Source: Octopus vulgaris
Taxonomy: Eukaryota
Reading direction: 5' to 3'
NCBI GenBank assembly: GCA_951406725.2
Contig: OX597816.1
Span: 2,418,001-2,482,000, forward strand
DNA length: 64,000 nucleotides
The notes below the pieces were generated by a model, which was not told where the DNA came from, made no database searches, and saw nothing but the letters and a program-made list of their open reading frames with translations. Shown piece by piece: positions 51,851 through 63,399 of the stretch; within the stretch, counting starts at the first letter, position 1, and each line of letters opens with the position of its first letter. A program made the position numbers and the translations under genes.

Positions 51851-52270
51851 GGTGCAGGAGTGGCAGTGTGGTGAGTAGCTTGCTTACCAACCACATGGTT
51901 TCGGGTTCAGTCCCACTGCGTGGCACCTTGGGCAAGTGTCTTCTACTATAGCCTCGGGTCGACCAAAGCCTTGTGAGTGGATTTGGTAGACGGAAACTGA
52001 AAGAAGCCCATCATATATATGTATATATATGTGTGTGTGTGTGTGCATGTATGTTTGTGTGTCTGTGTTTGTCCCCCTAGCATTGCTTGACAACCGATGC
52101 TGGTGTGTTTATGTCCCCGTCACCTAGCGGTTCGGCAAAAGAGACCGATAGAATAAGTACTGGACTTACAAAGAATAAGTCCTGGGGTCGATTTGCTCGA
52201 CTAAAGGCGGTGCTCCAGCATGGCCGCAGTCAAATGACTGAAACAAGTGAAAGAGTAAAGAGTAAGAGTA
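51851..52270 (+). mobile_element. Full-length family B CORE-type SINE
   Basis: Same head, core and tail as 42663-43046. Confidence 0.9.
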
Positions 52271-53293
52271 GCCATTTGTCAGGCAGTCGTGAGTATTCAG
52301 AATAACATAATAATCCGTAAATGTTCATGGTTACCAACTCGTTGCAGAAACATTTGAAGCTGATTAGACAACCACCTTCTAAAATACGAGGATGCAGTTG
52401 GATGGAAAGGCAATTGACTGATCATTTTGGACACTTATGAATTACTTATAAGTCATTGTGTTGTTTCAAATACTCAGGAGTTCCTGATAATTATGTGAAA
52501 CTCTGAGTAACACTGAGTGAAGTTTTTTTCAGCTTCAATGAAAATGAAATTTTACCCTACCTTTGATATTTGAGTACTATTTTCTCCCGTTTGTTTTGCA
52601 CCTGAATGCTCCCATGTGTGTGTGTGTGTGTGATATCACCATTAAACATCCATTTCCCATGGTGGCAGAGGTTGGACGTTTTGACCCTAGCTGGCAAGCC
52701 AGAGGGCTGTGCCAGGCTCTGTTGTCTGTTTTTGGCATGGGTTTCTATGGCTGGATGTCCTTCTTAATGTCAACCATTTTACAGAATGTACTGGGTTCTT
52801 TTATCATGGTCCCCACTCCAATGGGATCAACCACTAACTTGCAAGACATGGACAAAACCCCTCGAATGGTGGGGACTAGCATTGAGGGAGCTGGCTTTGT
52901 GACAGTTGACGAAAGGTTAAAAGAATAATAAAGGGATAGAGATAAGTGCCCTGCTGTAGGAGAGATAGAAGGGAGAGAAAGAGATGGTGAGAGTTAAGGA
53001 GATGTTGGTAGATGTATATCAGGACATACCCTGAATGTACAGTGGGTGGAGGGAATACAGGTGAAGTGATACAGAGTACTGAACTGGGTGAGTGGACAAT
53101 GGGTGCAAGTAGAGGGGAAATTTTCATTAGAATGTGAAGAGAAATAGTGAGATGAGACAGAGATGACCCTGTAGTAATTGAAGGTGATTTATATATATAT
53201 ATATTTATATATACAAATATATATTTTATTTTATTTATTAGGGAATAAAAATTCCGGCATCACAGGGGTTCAAATTATTCTCAATGAGGAAAT

Positions 53294-53448
53294 ATATATT
53301 TTATTTAGAGATAGTAGTCCCTTTCATCCCACCATATAAAAGAATCTTAATTTAATTTAATACTTAATTAGTAGTAAGTATTAAATTAAATTAAAATTCT
53401 TTTATATGGTGGGATGAAGGGTGACTACTATCTCTAAATAAAATATAT
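53294..53448. repeat. Near-perfect 155-bp palindrome in (AT)n
   Basis: About 73-bp arms (ATATATTTTATTTAGAGATAGTAGTC..TCATCCCACCATATAAAAGAAT..TTAATACTTA and its reverse complement) around an 8-nt loop. Confidence 0.92.
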
Positions 53449-54402
53449 GTATATATGAGAGAGAGAAGAGTAGGAGGTATATTACCCATTAGGCAGAGTG
53501 AAGAAAAGTCTGTCATTAGACTTAGACACAAACAAGGTTTATGTAGGAATTTGATGTTTGTTAGGAATTTGCTGGATGCAAATATTACAGTAAACTAATT
53601 CTTCTGAATGACCAACTGTTGAATAAAACGTTTGTTGTGGGTGTTAAAGAGAGAGAGACTCAGCTTAGGCAGCAAAAAGTAAAGGATTTGAGATATGTGA
53701 GGAAGGTTTGAAGAGAATGGAATACAGCCAATAAGTTTACAAGGCTGGTTTCTTGTAGGAATGGTAAAAGACCAAACTAATAAGATAGAATTTTTCTTTT
53801 ATCAATGCAGCAAATAACATTCTTATCCAATTCCAGTAAGTAAAAGATACATCATTCCAGGTGTCTTTTTGTAGTAGATTCTTAGGAAATAAAGAATGTA
53901 AATACTAAAGTGCGTCTTGACTCTTTGACACAGTTTTGACATTGGTTAGATTATGAAAGTTCTGAGAAGGTCACGGAAGACATTGAGGTTTATAGAGAGT
54001 TTGATTCTGCATGACTTGAATTTGTTTGTTACCAAATTTATTGAATCCTCATTTAAGAATATAAGGAAATCCCTGATTACCTGATGTAGGGTTTTTGGTA
54101 AAACCTCCACATATTAGAAGTAGACAGTTAGTGGGCCGTGTGGGGGGGGCAGAGAGAAGCATGCAGGAGTTAAGAATAAAAGAAGAGAGATTATTAAGAG
54201 GGAAAGAATTAGGGATGGATTTTGAAAGAGTATTGTCAATGCTTGCAGGCACAGTATGTTCAAATTTCCCTTAGTCTGGTTGGCCTAGGGCTATATTAGA
54301 AGACATTTGTTCAAGGTACTGCATAGTGGCACTCTATCCAGAACCACCTGCTTCTGAAGTGAATTTCTTAACTACATAACCACCCTAGTTAATATTGTAC
54401 TT

Positions 54403-54803
54403 GGGTGGTAAGTAGCTTGCTAAACAACCACATGGTTCTGGGTTCAATCCCACTGCGTGGCATCTTGGGCAAGTGTCTTCTGCTATAGCCTCGGGCCGAC
54501 CAAAGCCTTGTGAGTGGATTTGGTAGACGGAAACTGAAAGAAGCCTGTCGTATATATGTATATATATATATGTATGTGTGTGTGTTTGTGTGTCTGTGTT
54601 TGTCCCCCTAGCATTGCTTGACAACCGATGCTGGTGTCTTTACGTCCCCGTCACTTAGCGGTTCGGCAAAAGAGACCAATAGAATAAGTACTGGGCTTAC
54701 AAAGAATAAGTCCCGGGGTCGATTTGCTTGACTAAAGGCGGTGCTCCAGCATGGCCGCAGTCAAATAACTGAAACAAGTAAAAGAGTAAAAGAGAGAAAG
54801 AGT
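54403..54803 (+). mobile_element. Family B CORE-type SINE, slightly 5'-truncated
   Basis: GTGGTAAGTAGCTTGC... through ...GAAACAAGTAAAAGAGT. Confidence 0.9.
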
Positions 54804-55764
54804 ATGGCCCGTGGCATCATACCTTCGGTTCCAGTTCTGCTGATTACCATTTGTAAAAAAAAAGAAGAAAAAAAAAGATGTTCTATAAAGCCTGATGATT
54901 TTTCTGTCACGACAGTCTCACAATTAATTGACAATATGAATTTGTTCTAATTTGAATAAATTACAACAACATTATTGACATTAATTAAAGTTTCTTTTTT
55001 TTATTCAGTCAAGTGTCACTTCATTAATTTTTTTTTTTTTTAATGATTTTATTTTTTTGTTTGAATTAGCTAATGCATCACTTCTATAATGGAAGTGACT
55101 CACTTTTCAGAATAATTGTTTTTATTGAACCTTAGGGTGAGTTAAATGGATAATAATATCATATTGGCACTTATTGCCTTATTTTCTGTGATTTTGGTCT
55201 GAGAGAAATATCTCTTCATAGGCATGTTGTGCTAAAAAAACCAATATATCAAAGCAAGGCAACCATCATCCCAGCAGTATCTCACAGGAACACTAGGCAT
55301 GTTCCAGCCATTTTAGGCCTTGTCAATGATGTTTATTCACTAGTCGCATGCTTAAATGAAACTTGCCTTCCCTGATCTATAGCAAACGTGGAATGATACA
55401 TTTACTGGTATTACAGAAAGCTTTCTGAGTTGTAATAAAACTCAGTGTATGCAATTATGTCATAGTGAAACCAAGATATTTGAGGCCAAGACATTAGTTT
55501 TTGACTCAAATGTAACTGGTACCCAAGTTTGACATGAAAAAATAAAACACCTCCACATTTCATTTGATTCTTTTCTCTCTAAATACTTTCAGATTTTGTT
55601 GTTGTTTCCTGTGATTATAATTTTAATCAAGGGAATCTTTTGTATAAACACTTCATGGACATAACATAATTTTAGATATTTTAAAGTAATATTTATTTTG
55701 CAATAAGCAGACTGGCAGATATTTAGGGCTTGGTCGAAAGGTTCAGTTTTTCACTATTGATATT

Positions 55765-56085
55765 TCATTTCATTTCATTTGAGTTTGAGTCCATGCTCAG
55801 GCCAAGTCGAAGACTCCACCCTCAGAGTCTGGTGTGGTTGCCAGGTTGTATTCTCTGTTTAATTTTGACATGTGTAGGAGCGAGTTTGAGTCAGTTTGTG
55901 CTCGTTGTGTATATCCTGGGAGATGGGGTTCATCTCTAATGGTGCTTAAGTATCTATCCAGCTGCAATTTGAATGATTCCACACTGCATCCTGATAGATT
56001 TCTGACATGTACCGGAATGGAGTTGACTTTTTTAAAAAGATGTATCTTGGATTTTGTCGTTAATTTTTTTTGTTTATTCGCCATG
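55765..56085 (-). mobile_element. CR1/L2-group LINE 3' end
   Basis: ORF 55797-56084 has NSIPVHVRNLSGCSVESFKLQLDRYLSTIRDEP..SNSLLHM, a typical CR1-group ORF2 C-terminus, followed by a (TGAAA)n tail. Confidence 0.75.
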
Positions 56086-56611
56086 GTTTGTTCTGCTAAA
56101 AGTTGATATTAGTAGCTGAACAAATGCCAGAAAAAGCAAATTGTGTATCCAAGCATTCACATGGAGACCACATTTAACATCTTGTAAATGTTTCCAAGTA
56201 ATTTCGATATAAGAAAGCACAGTATTAACCATGTTTTTTTTCGAGATTTAGGTGTGATGTGTCAAGAACTTGTTTTGGCGATATCAACATTTCGTTTAAA
56301 CTTAATATAGATTTTATGTCCTTAAGAAAAAGGAAGGAGGCAGGTGTGAGAATTGTAGAGAAGTGTAGTACTGGAAAGGATTGATTAGGCATAGTTTTTG
56401 TGAGGTGAGACACAGTAGTGATATAAAAAAGAAGAGGGATGGCAGGTAGATAAGGAGGGCAGGAGTGGGGTTATACTGCTTATTTGTTTAGGGAGAGAGA
56501 GACTCAGAGGATGAAACTGCACACATCTGTGGGCGAATGTTGGTGAAGGAGTTTTTATAAAAGAACCCTTTTTTTATATATATCTTATGAGGACAGAAAT
56601 ATGGTCTAAGA

Positions 56612-58068
56612 CAGAGGTGGGGAACCTTTTTGGTCATGAAGGCCACCTTACAAGTCATAGAGGCCACAGTGAACAAATATTATTTTTGTCATTTTATCCC
56701 TAGGCTTAGGCCATTAAGTAATTTAATAGTAATATCATTAAAAAAAGACAGGTGAATAAGAATTGGAAATATGACATTTTCAAATATTTTATTTAAGTAG
56801 GAACTTTTTTTAATAAGTAAATGAATAATAATCTTTTTAAAAAAAGTCAAGTTTATAAACACCAAGAATATGAAATTTTGAAATATTTGCTTCATGCATG
56901 GATTTACTCTTTATTCAAATGAATGACTTCTTTGAGAAAGCATTTTGATATCAGGTTCTACCACAATGGTTCTTAGTATCAATTGGTCCTCCAAATGCTC
57001 GTCTGTCAACTGTGTTCTCAGTGAATTCTTGATTTGCATCAAGTATGAGTATGTTGTAGAAAAAAAAAAGGAAATCAGTCAGCCTGCGTGTTCACAAAGA
57101 CGAGGATATTCTTCTATCGCCTTTTACCAAATTTCAAAGGGATCGTCCTTGTTGTCAAACTGAGATTTCAGGATATTATCTTCAGGCATTTCAATAAGCT
57201 CCATTTGTAACTCTTCAGGAGCCTTTGGTTCATCAACTAAGTGAGGCTGAAAAGCAATTTTGAAAGTGATGTTATGCTTTTCAAAATCACTGAATCTTTT
57301 GGTGTATTCTTCTACTAATGAGTGTAAAACTGACTTGTATTCTTCAAAAGAACCAGAGATATCTTCATTTTCACTCATTGACAGTTTTCAATCAAAACAA
57401 TAACAATTGCTAAAGTCATGACCAAGATTCCAAGAACATGGTTTCGGATGCTGAGTGATCGTGTCTTATCTAAGACTGTTTTATCTGGAGCAATGTGCAG
57501 TAGGCCTAACAGAGTAGCAATGAATTCGATCATTGTTACTAATTAAGTCTCAGTGATAAAAAGGAAGTCTGCAAAACAACGCATGCCCTGGCGAATGTAC
57601 GCTTTCAAATGAGTTATATAACTAACTCAGACTTACAATTTCATAAGTCACTATGAACTTAGTCACGACTACACTTAACTGAGTAGTACTTAGCACAAAC
57701 CACAGCGAGGAGGTATACGAGATAGGAATTCTATATGCATCACACGTGAGGTCACTCACTCCCACTAGGCGGGCGTGACTGGCAAGGAAATGTTGCCTTT
57801 TTAGCCATGTGGCTTTAAGTTTATATTCATTAGGTTCATGGAAAAATGCTTCCAATTTCTGGGAGTGACATCACTGAACACAGTTATTTTCCCTCTCATC
57901 TATAGATGTGTGTGTATATTGTAAATTTATGCATAAAAACTATAGACAAAAACAAAATCAAGGTCTTAAAAAGTATATATTGACATTTACATCAAACGCT
58001 GCAGAAGGCCACACTTGTTGACCCAGAAGGCCACATGCAGCCTTAAGGCTACAGGTTCCCCATCCCAG
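56612..58068 (-). mobile_element. Internally deleted hAT transposon (SPIN/Buster, GTF2IRD2/EPM2AIP1-like transposase remnant)
   Basis: TIRs CAGAGGTGGGGAACCT and AGGTTCCCCATCCCAG, with subterminal AAGGCCAC repeats. Minus-strand remnant reads EEYTKRFSDF..PKAPEELQMELIEM..PFEIW then IKNSLRTQLTDEHLEDQL (hAT dimerisation region). 8-bp TSD is degenerate (GTCTAAGA/ACCTAAAC). Confidence 0.85.
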
Positions 58069-58954
58069 ACCTAAACCTAGGAATTAAAACTTAGCAGCTG
58101 GAAACTGTGTGGAAGCCTGTTGGAAGAAGCCTTTCTTTTCGCAAGGGGTAGATGTAATCAATTGCTCAGCTCAACACCACAGCCTACCTTTGTGTACCTT
58201 TAGTTGAGTCCACTATGATACAAGCATTTGAACCAGATCTTTTGGTTTGAGGATAAATTCCTCCATTAGTTATATGAGAAGTAATTTTGGATGTATACTT
58301 TCACCACCATGGGTAATATCAAGAAATATAGCAGACATACAATCATTATAATGTAACTTTTATCAAAATTCTTAGTGCTTATACAGAATAATGAGATAAA
58401 TAGTAATTTTCAAAAGAAAAAGAAAATTAAAGCAAATTTCTCATTTGTATATTTGCAATAAATATATGTTATTTTTCTAAATTTTATCAACACTGGCAGG
58501 ACCTATGAATACCATAAATCCTTGAGTATAATCCGCATTTTTTCCCCAAAATTTAAAGGTCAAAATCCCTAGTGCGTACTATATACGATGTTAAAAATGA
58601 AAAATATTTTCTAAGCAGTGTCTGAGTCTCTATTTGCTGTCCAGCAATGTTTATTCAGACGCATTTTGTGATGTCGGGCGCGAAAATACCTGAAGCTAAG
58701 CCTGAAAGCAATGAAGTCATAAAAGAATCATCCATAACTTTCAGTAGGCAACATTTATTAAAATAAAAGTATTCAGAACACAGCATCATGTGACTGGGCC
58801 AGTAACTTTATGTCAAGGCATAACATGTCTATGAGGAGGCAAACCCACATTTCACAAAAGGATCGTGTGTACATGGAATGAACTTGATCCCCAGATTAAT
58901 GTGAAAAGTTTTATCAAATGTAACAAAATCAATTTGCAAACATATTTACATTCC

Positions 58955-59227
58955 TGGCTTCTGGCTCCTGTGCAGGTGGCACGTAAAAAACACCATTTGA
59001 GCGAGGTCATTGCCAGTGCCGCCTGACTGGCTCTTGTGCCGGTGGCATGTAAAAGCATCCACTACAGTCTCGGAGTGGTTGGCATTAGGAAGGGCATCCA
59101 GCTGTAGAAACTCTGCCAGATCAAGATTGGAGCCTGGTGCAGCCATCTGATTCACCAGTCCTCATTCAAATCATTCAACCCATGCCAGCATGGAAAGTGG
59201 ACGTTAAACAATGATGATGATGATGAT
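58955..59227 (+). mobile_element. RTE 3'-UTR-derived repeat nested inside the pogo element
   Basis: Standard core and (GAT)n tail. Confidence 0.85.
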
Positions 59228-59530
59228 TCCCATATAACAGTTAAGAACATCACCATTATTGTATTACACATGCGCGGAAGTGTTTGTTCGACTAGGTGCT
59301 GTTGGCTTAATTACGCATGAATTGTGCTTAATAGTTTAGTGCTAAATAGTTCATCCTGCTGTTTGTATTGGCAGTTTGCGTCCTTACCATGGCAAACAAT
59401 AGATACTTAATTAGATACCAGTATTAAATGTTTGAACTACTGTGGGTCTTTACTAGGGTTTTTTATAAGCGGGACTTAAACCTGTACATTAATCTCCATT
59501 AAAGCATTTTATACATTACATGCCCATAAA

Positions 59531-60197
59531 ATGCCTCGTAGATCTTATTCAGCTATGTTTAAACTTGAAGTTATATCGTATGCTGAAGAGCATGATAATA
59601 GGGCCGCCGGAAGAAAACTTGATATTGACGAAAGCAATGTCAGGTTATGGAGAAGAAATAAAGATGAAATTAAACAGATACCAAAGATAAAGAAGGCAAG
59701 AAGGGGAAAAAAAGCCAAACATCCTGAGCTTGAAAAAATATTGCTTGAATGGTTAGAGGAAAGAAGACTTGGTGGAACAGCCATTAATGCAGTACATTTG
59801 AGGCTACTGGCAAAACTCCTTGCTAAAAAGATAAAACTTAATGAGTCAGAATTTAAAGCATCTTGTGGCTGGGCCAGTAACTTTATGTCAAGGCATAACA
59901 TGTCTATGAGGAGGCGAACCCACATTTCACAAAAGGATCGTGTGTACATGGAATGAACTTGATCCCCAGATTAATGTGAAAAGTTTTATCCAATGTTGTA
60001 TATCGTCTGCACTGGATGGTACTCAGGATGGCGTTGTCTGGAAAGATGAAATAAAGGAAAGTGAATCTTCTGATGTTGACTATGAATCTGCCGATGATGG
60101 AGATTTGCACTACAATGATGCTGACATGTTTACAGAGGAACAAATGGAACAGTTATTTGATACTGAAAGTGATGTTGAATTTGAAGGATTTGAATAA
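59531..60197 (+). pseudogene. pogo transposase remnant: intact Brinker-type DBD and CENP-B HTH (59531-59956) joined out of frame to the acidic C-terminus; DDE domain deleted
   Basis: MPRRSYSAMFKLEVISYAEEH.NRAAGRKLDIDESNVRLWR; HPELEKILLEW..FKASCGWASNFMSRHNMSMRRRT; then W..L...NVKSF..CCIS.ALDGTQD..SDVEFEGF in another frame. Confidence 0.88.
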
Positions 60198-60729
60198 ATG
60201 TTTTTGCTTTTGCAACTGTTAGTGATAAATATGTAAAGGCAATTTACTTAATATTTATTTTTCACTGACGTTATTACTGTTATTTCTTTATTTTCTGCAA
60301 ACAAAATGCACAAAAGCTACACGTTTGCATTATGTTATATATATAATAATCATAAAGGACGTTACCGTATACACTTTTACAAACCAAGGACGTTATATAG
60401 ACCTCCTTGAGTTAGAGAAGGGGTGCATATTATACACAAGGTTTAGGTTTTTCAGAGGTACAGCCCCCTAAAAATCCCCTGCGTATTATACTCAAGGGCA
60501 GACTATACTCAAGGATTTACAGTATTTCATGGAATTAATAGTAAACCTATTGTGTTATTTCTGAAAACTTTATCCAAAAAACCTGAAAGCATAATCTGTG
60601 TTGTGTTTGTAGCAAAAGATAGTTGCTCATCTGCTAATCATTGAAAAGTGAAGGAAATTGGAACAAGATGATTACTTAATACACTTTATATACATGCTTT
60701 ATATACATTATGCACGATTTTATAGACTT

Positions 60730-61830
60730 AATACACAGCACTCATAAAATAAATATTCACTCTTATTTTTCCATTTTTCCCACAAACTTAAAAAATTACA
60801 TTTTTAAATTTTCACAGTCACAATTTCATATCTAGAGAAAAATTTTGCAGAAAAATAAATTATCTTATAAGTAAAATATGGGGGTCACAATTTCACGGGG
60901 GTAAACATTTAATGCAACATGGCATACTCTGAAAACCAGATTGCTTGAAACTTATAAGCCAAAGCGATGGATCAGAGCAATTACACATTTCAATTTGCAT
61001 TCACGTTTCAGTCCAATTCTTCTTTGCGGACTATGTTCCCTGTGTAAACTCTCCCTCTTCTTTTCCCTTGTTTGTCAGTGTTGATAGCTTCAACTCTCAC
61101 ATCCGATAATTTATGAGTCGTTAAGAATGCAACATATAACTGACCATGGCCGAATACAGGCTCAGGCAAGAACAGCCCCACTTTATCAAATGTCTGCCCT
61201 TGTGATTTATGCATATGACAGGTGAACAAGAAACTGGTTTTGTTCTAAAGTGTATGGCAAATTTGTGATGTCCATGTGTTAAGTGATAGGTGATGTCAAA
61301 AAAATTAGTTCATTTAAAAAAAAGAATTACTTTTCACTCTGCACTCACCAACGCCACCTCCACCACCACTATCACCATCATCTCTCTCTCTCTCTCTCTC
61401 TCTAATCTCACCATCAGAACATCACCCCTCTGCTAAAATTATATTCCAAACTCTCCCCTATATCGCTACCTTCAACTAACCTTTTTGACCATGTAGTAAA
61501 TACTACGTTCCCCCCATCACATGTCATGGACGCTTCTCTCTCTCTCTCTCTCTTTTCTTGCTCCCACTTTTTCTTTCTTTTTCTGCCTCACTCTTTGCCT
61601 TATCCTCTTTTTCTCTCTCCTTTTTCTTTCTCTTGTTCTCTCTTTCCCTTCAACTAATCACAGGAAAGCGTTACAATTATGTTCCCTCCACCTCACATCA
61701 TGAACACTTCTCTCTCCCTCTTTTCTTTCTCCCTTTTTTTCTCTAATCATGTGAAACATAATGACAAGTAGAATTATTATAAGATAATTGCAGTCTGCTC
61801 CATCACAAATCTATCTCATAAAGCTCGTTA
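60730..61830 (-). mobile_element. Non-autonomous Helitron-like element retaining a PIF1 helicase C-terminal fragment (61008-61215); boundaries approximate
   Basis: HKSQGQTFDKVGLFLPEPVFGHGQLYVA..TGNIVRKEEL matches PIF1/Helitron helicase motifs V-VI and the typical Helitron terminal 'NIVY.EVL' motif; internal (CT)n tracts. Confidence 0.75.
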
Positions 61831-62811
61831 ATCCATTCTCACATGGGTTAGATGAATATGATATTGAGCCAGTGTTCCATAGCTAGATGCTATTCCTGTC
61901 CTTAACTTGTACCTTGTTTTCAAGAAATCTTTTATTTCGCTGAGCTCCAAAGTGAGTGGAGAGTTTCTTGGTGAGTGATAGCAACAACACTGCTTATACA
62001 TTGTGGCCTTTGTAGAAGTGAATGTAAATGTAAACAATTGCTCAGATACATAATTTGAAGAATATTTAGCTACTATTCCTAGCAAGTCAACTGGCCATGT
62101 AGAAATGTATGTATATTTGCCTTATTCCTTTCAAAGAATACGGTTTCTCCCTCAATATATTCCTGTCTCACTCAGTTCAGTACGTACACCATCAACTTGT
62201 CCTCCCTTTCATACTATTTATTCCTCTCCCCTTGTCAAGAAATTCCCTAAAAAGGAATCATGGGTTCTATCAAATTGAAAAAAATTTCTTTTGAGGTAGG
62301 CAATGGGCAATTGAGTGCCCTACCATATCCCAAGCCTTGTTTTATGCTTGGGCAAGAAGATAGCAACACACAAGTCTGTCTCGCCTGCCAGAGTGAACCA
62401 GTGACTTTAAAGTTTTTAACAGCTTCTCTAGGTTTCCTCCCCCCCCCCCCATTTTATGGGTGGAGTGCTAGAAAAATAAAATGAAAGATTTCCTGCATGT
62501 TCTGTTTGTCGTTTTTTTAGTTTTCCTTCAACTTGTTATTTTAGCTTTTTCGGCCAGTAGTTATTACACAGATGGTAAAACTCACTTGAATATATTACAG
62601 CATCCTAGATTTTGCATTTCCTCACGCCTACGCCCCACTGATGCTGAAAAAAGTGTCAATTTCATACTCGAAACATTCCCACAAAAAAATCTAACTTTTC
62701 CCCCCCTTGTAAAAGGACATTTTTATTTGTGTTGTTTGACTCAGAGTTATATGAGAAGATTGTTTTTATTTACTCTTTAATGCAACAAGACTGGTTGCAA
62801 AGGGATCAACA

Positions 62812-63399
62812 ATCATCATCATCATCATCATCATCGTTTAACGGCCGTTTTCCATGCTGGCATGGGTTGGACAGTCCAGCTAGGGTCTAGGCACCAGGCC
62901 CCAATCTGATCTGGCAGTGTTTCTACAGCTGGATGCCCTTCCTAACGCCAACCACTCTGAGAGTGTAGTGGGTGCTTTTTGCATGCCACCGGCACAGGGG
63001 CCAGAGGAGCTGCCATTGACCATGATCGGATGGTGCTTCTTACGTGCCACCAGCACAGGGGCCAGAGGAGCTGGTATCGACTACGATTGGATGGTGCTTT
63101 TTACGTGCTACCGACACAGGGCTCACAACTACAATTTCCTTTTCATTTGATTTTGATATTGCTGATGTTGATGTACTTGACTCAACAGGTCTCCTCAACG
63201 ATCCAGGGTACTTTTGAGTGGGCTGCTTATGTGACACTGGTGTAGGTTACATCTGTGGACTCACTTTATTTGCTGGGTCTTCTGTCACAGCATACCTCCA
63301 GAGGTCTCGGTCTTTTGTCATTGCCTCTATGAGGCCCAACGTTTGAAGGTCATGCTTCACCACCTCATCCCATAAAGCATGACCTTCGAACGTTGGGCC
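62812..63399 (-). mobile_element. 5'-truncated RTE LINE (ORF end plus full 3' UTR) with a short 5' inversion
   Basis: Minus strand WDEVVKHDLQTLGLIEAMTKDRDLWRYAV is contiguous with the 3'-UTR repeat and (GAT)n tail; 63333-63357 is inverted at 63375-63399. Confidence 0.88.

Larger units (their letters stand above)
58512..60522 (+). mobile_element. pogo-superfamily (POGK/Passer-like) DNA transposon, internal deletion derivative, TA TSD
   Basis: TA|CCATAAATCCTTGAGTATAATCCGC ... GCAGACTATACTCAAGGATTTACAG|TA; subterminal TATAC(T/A)CAAGG repeats; transposase remnant inside. Confidence 0.9.

Noticed and set aside
61008-61229. Host PIF1 helicase exon
   Set aside because: Isolated C-terminal fragment with a damaged motif VI (AFLTT instead of A.SR) and a Helitron-type terminus.
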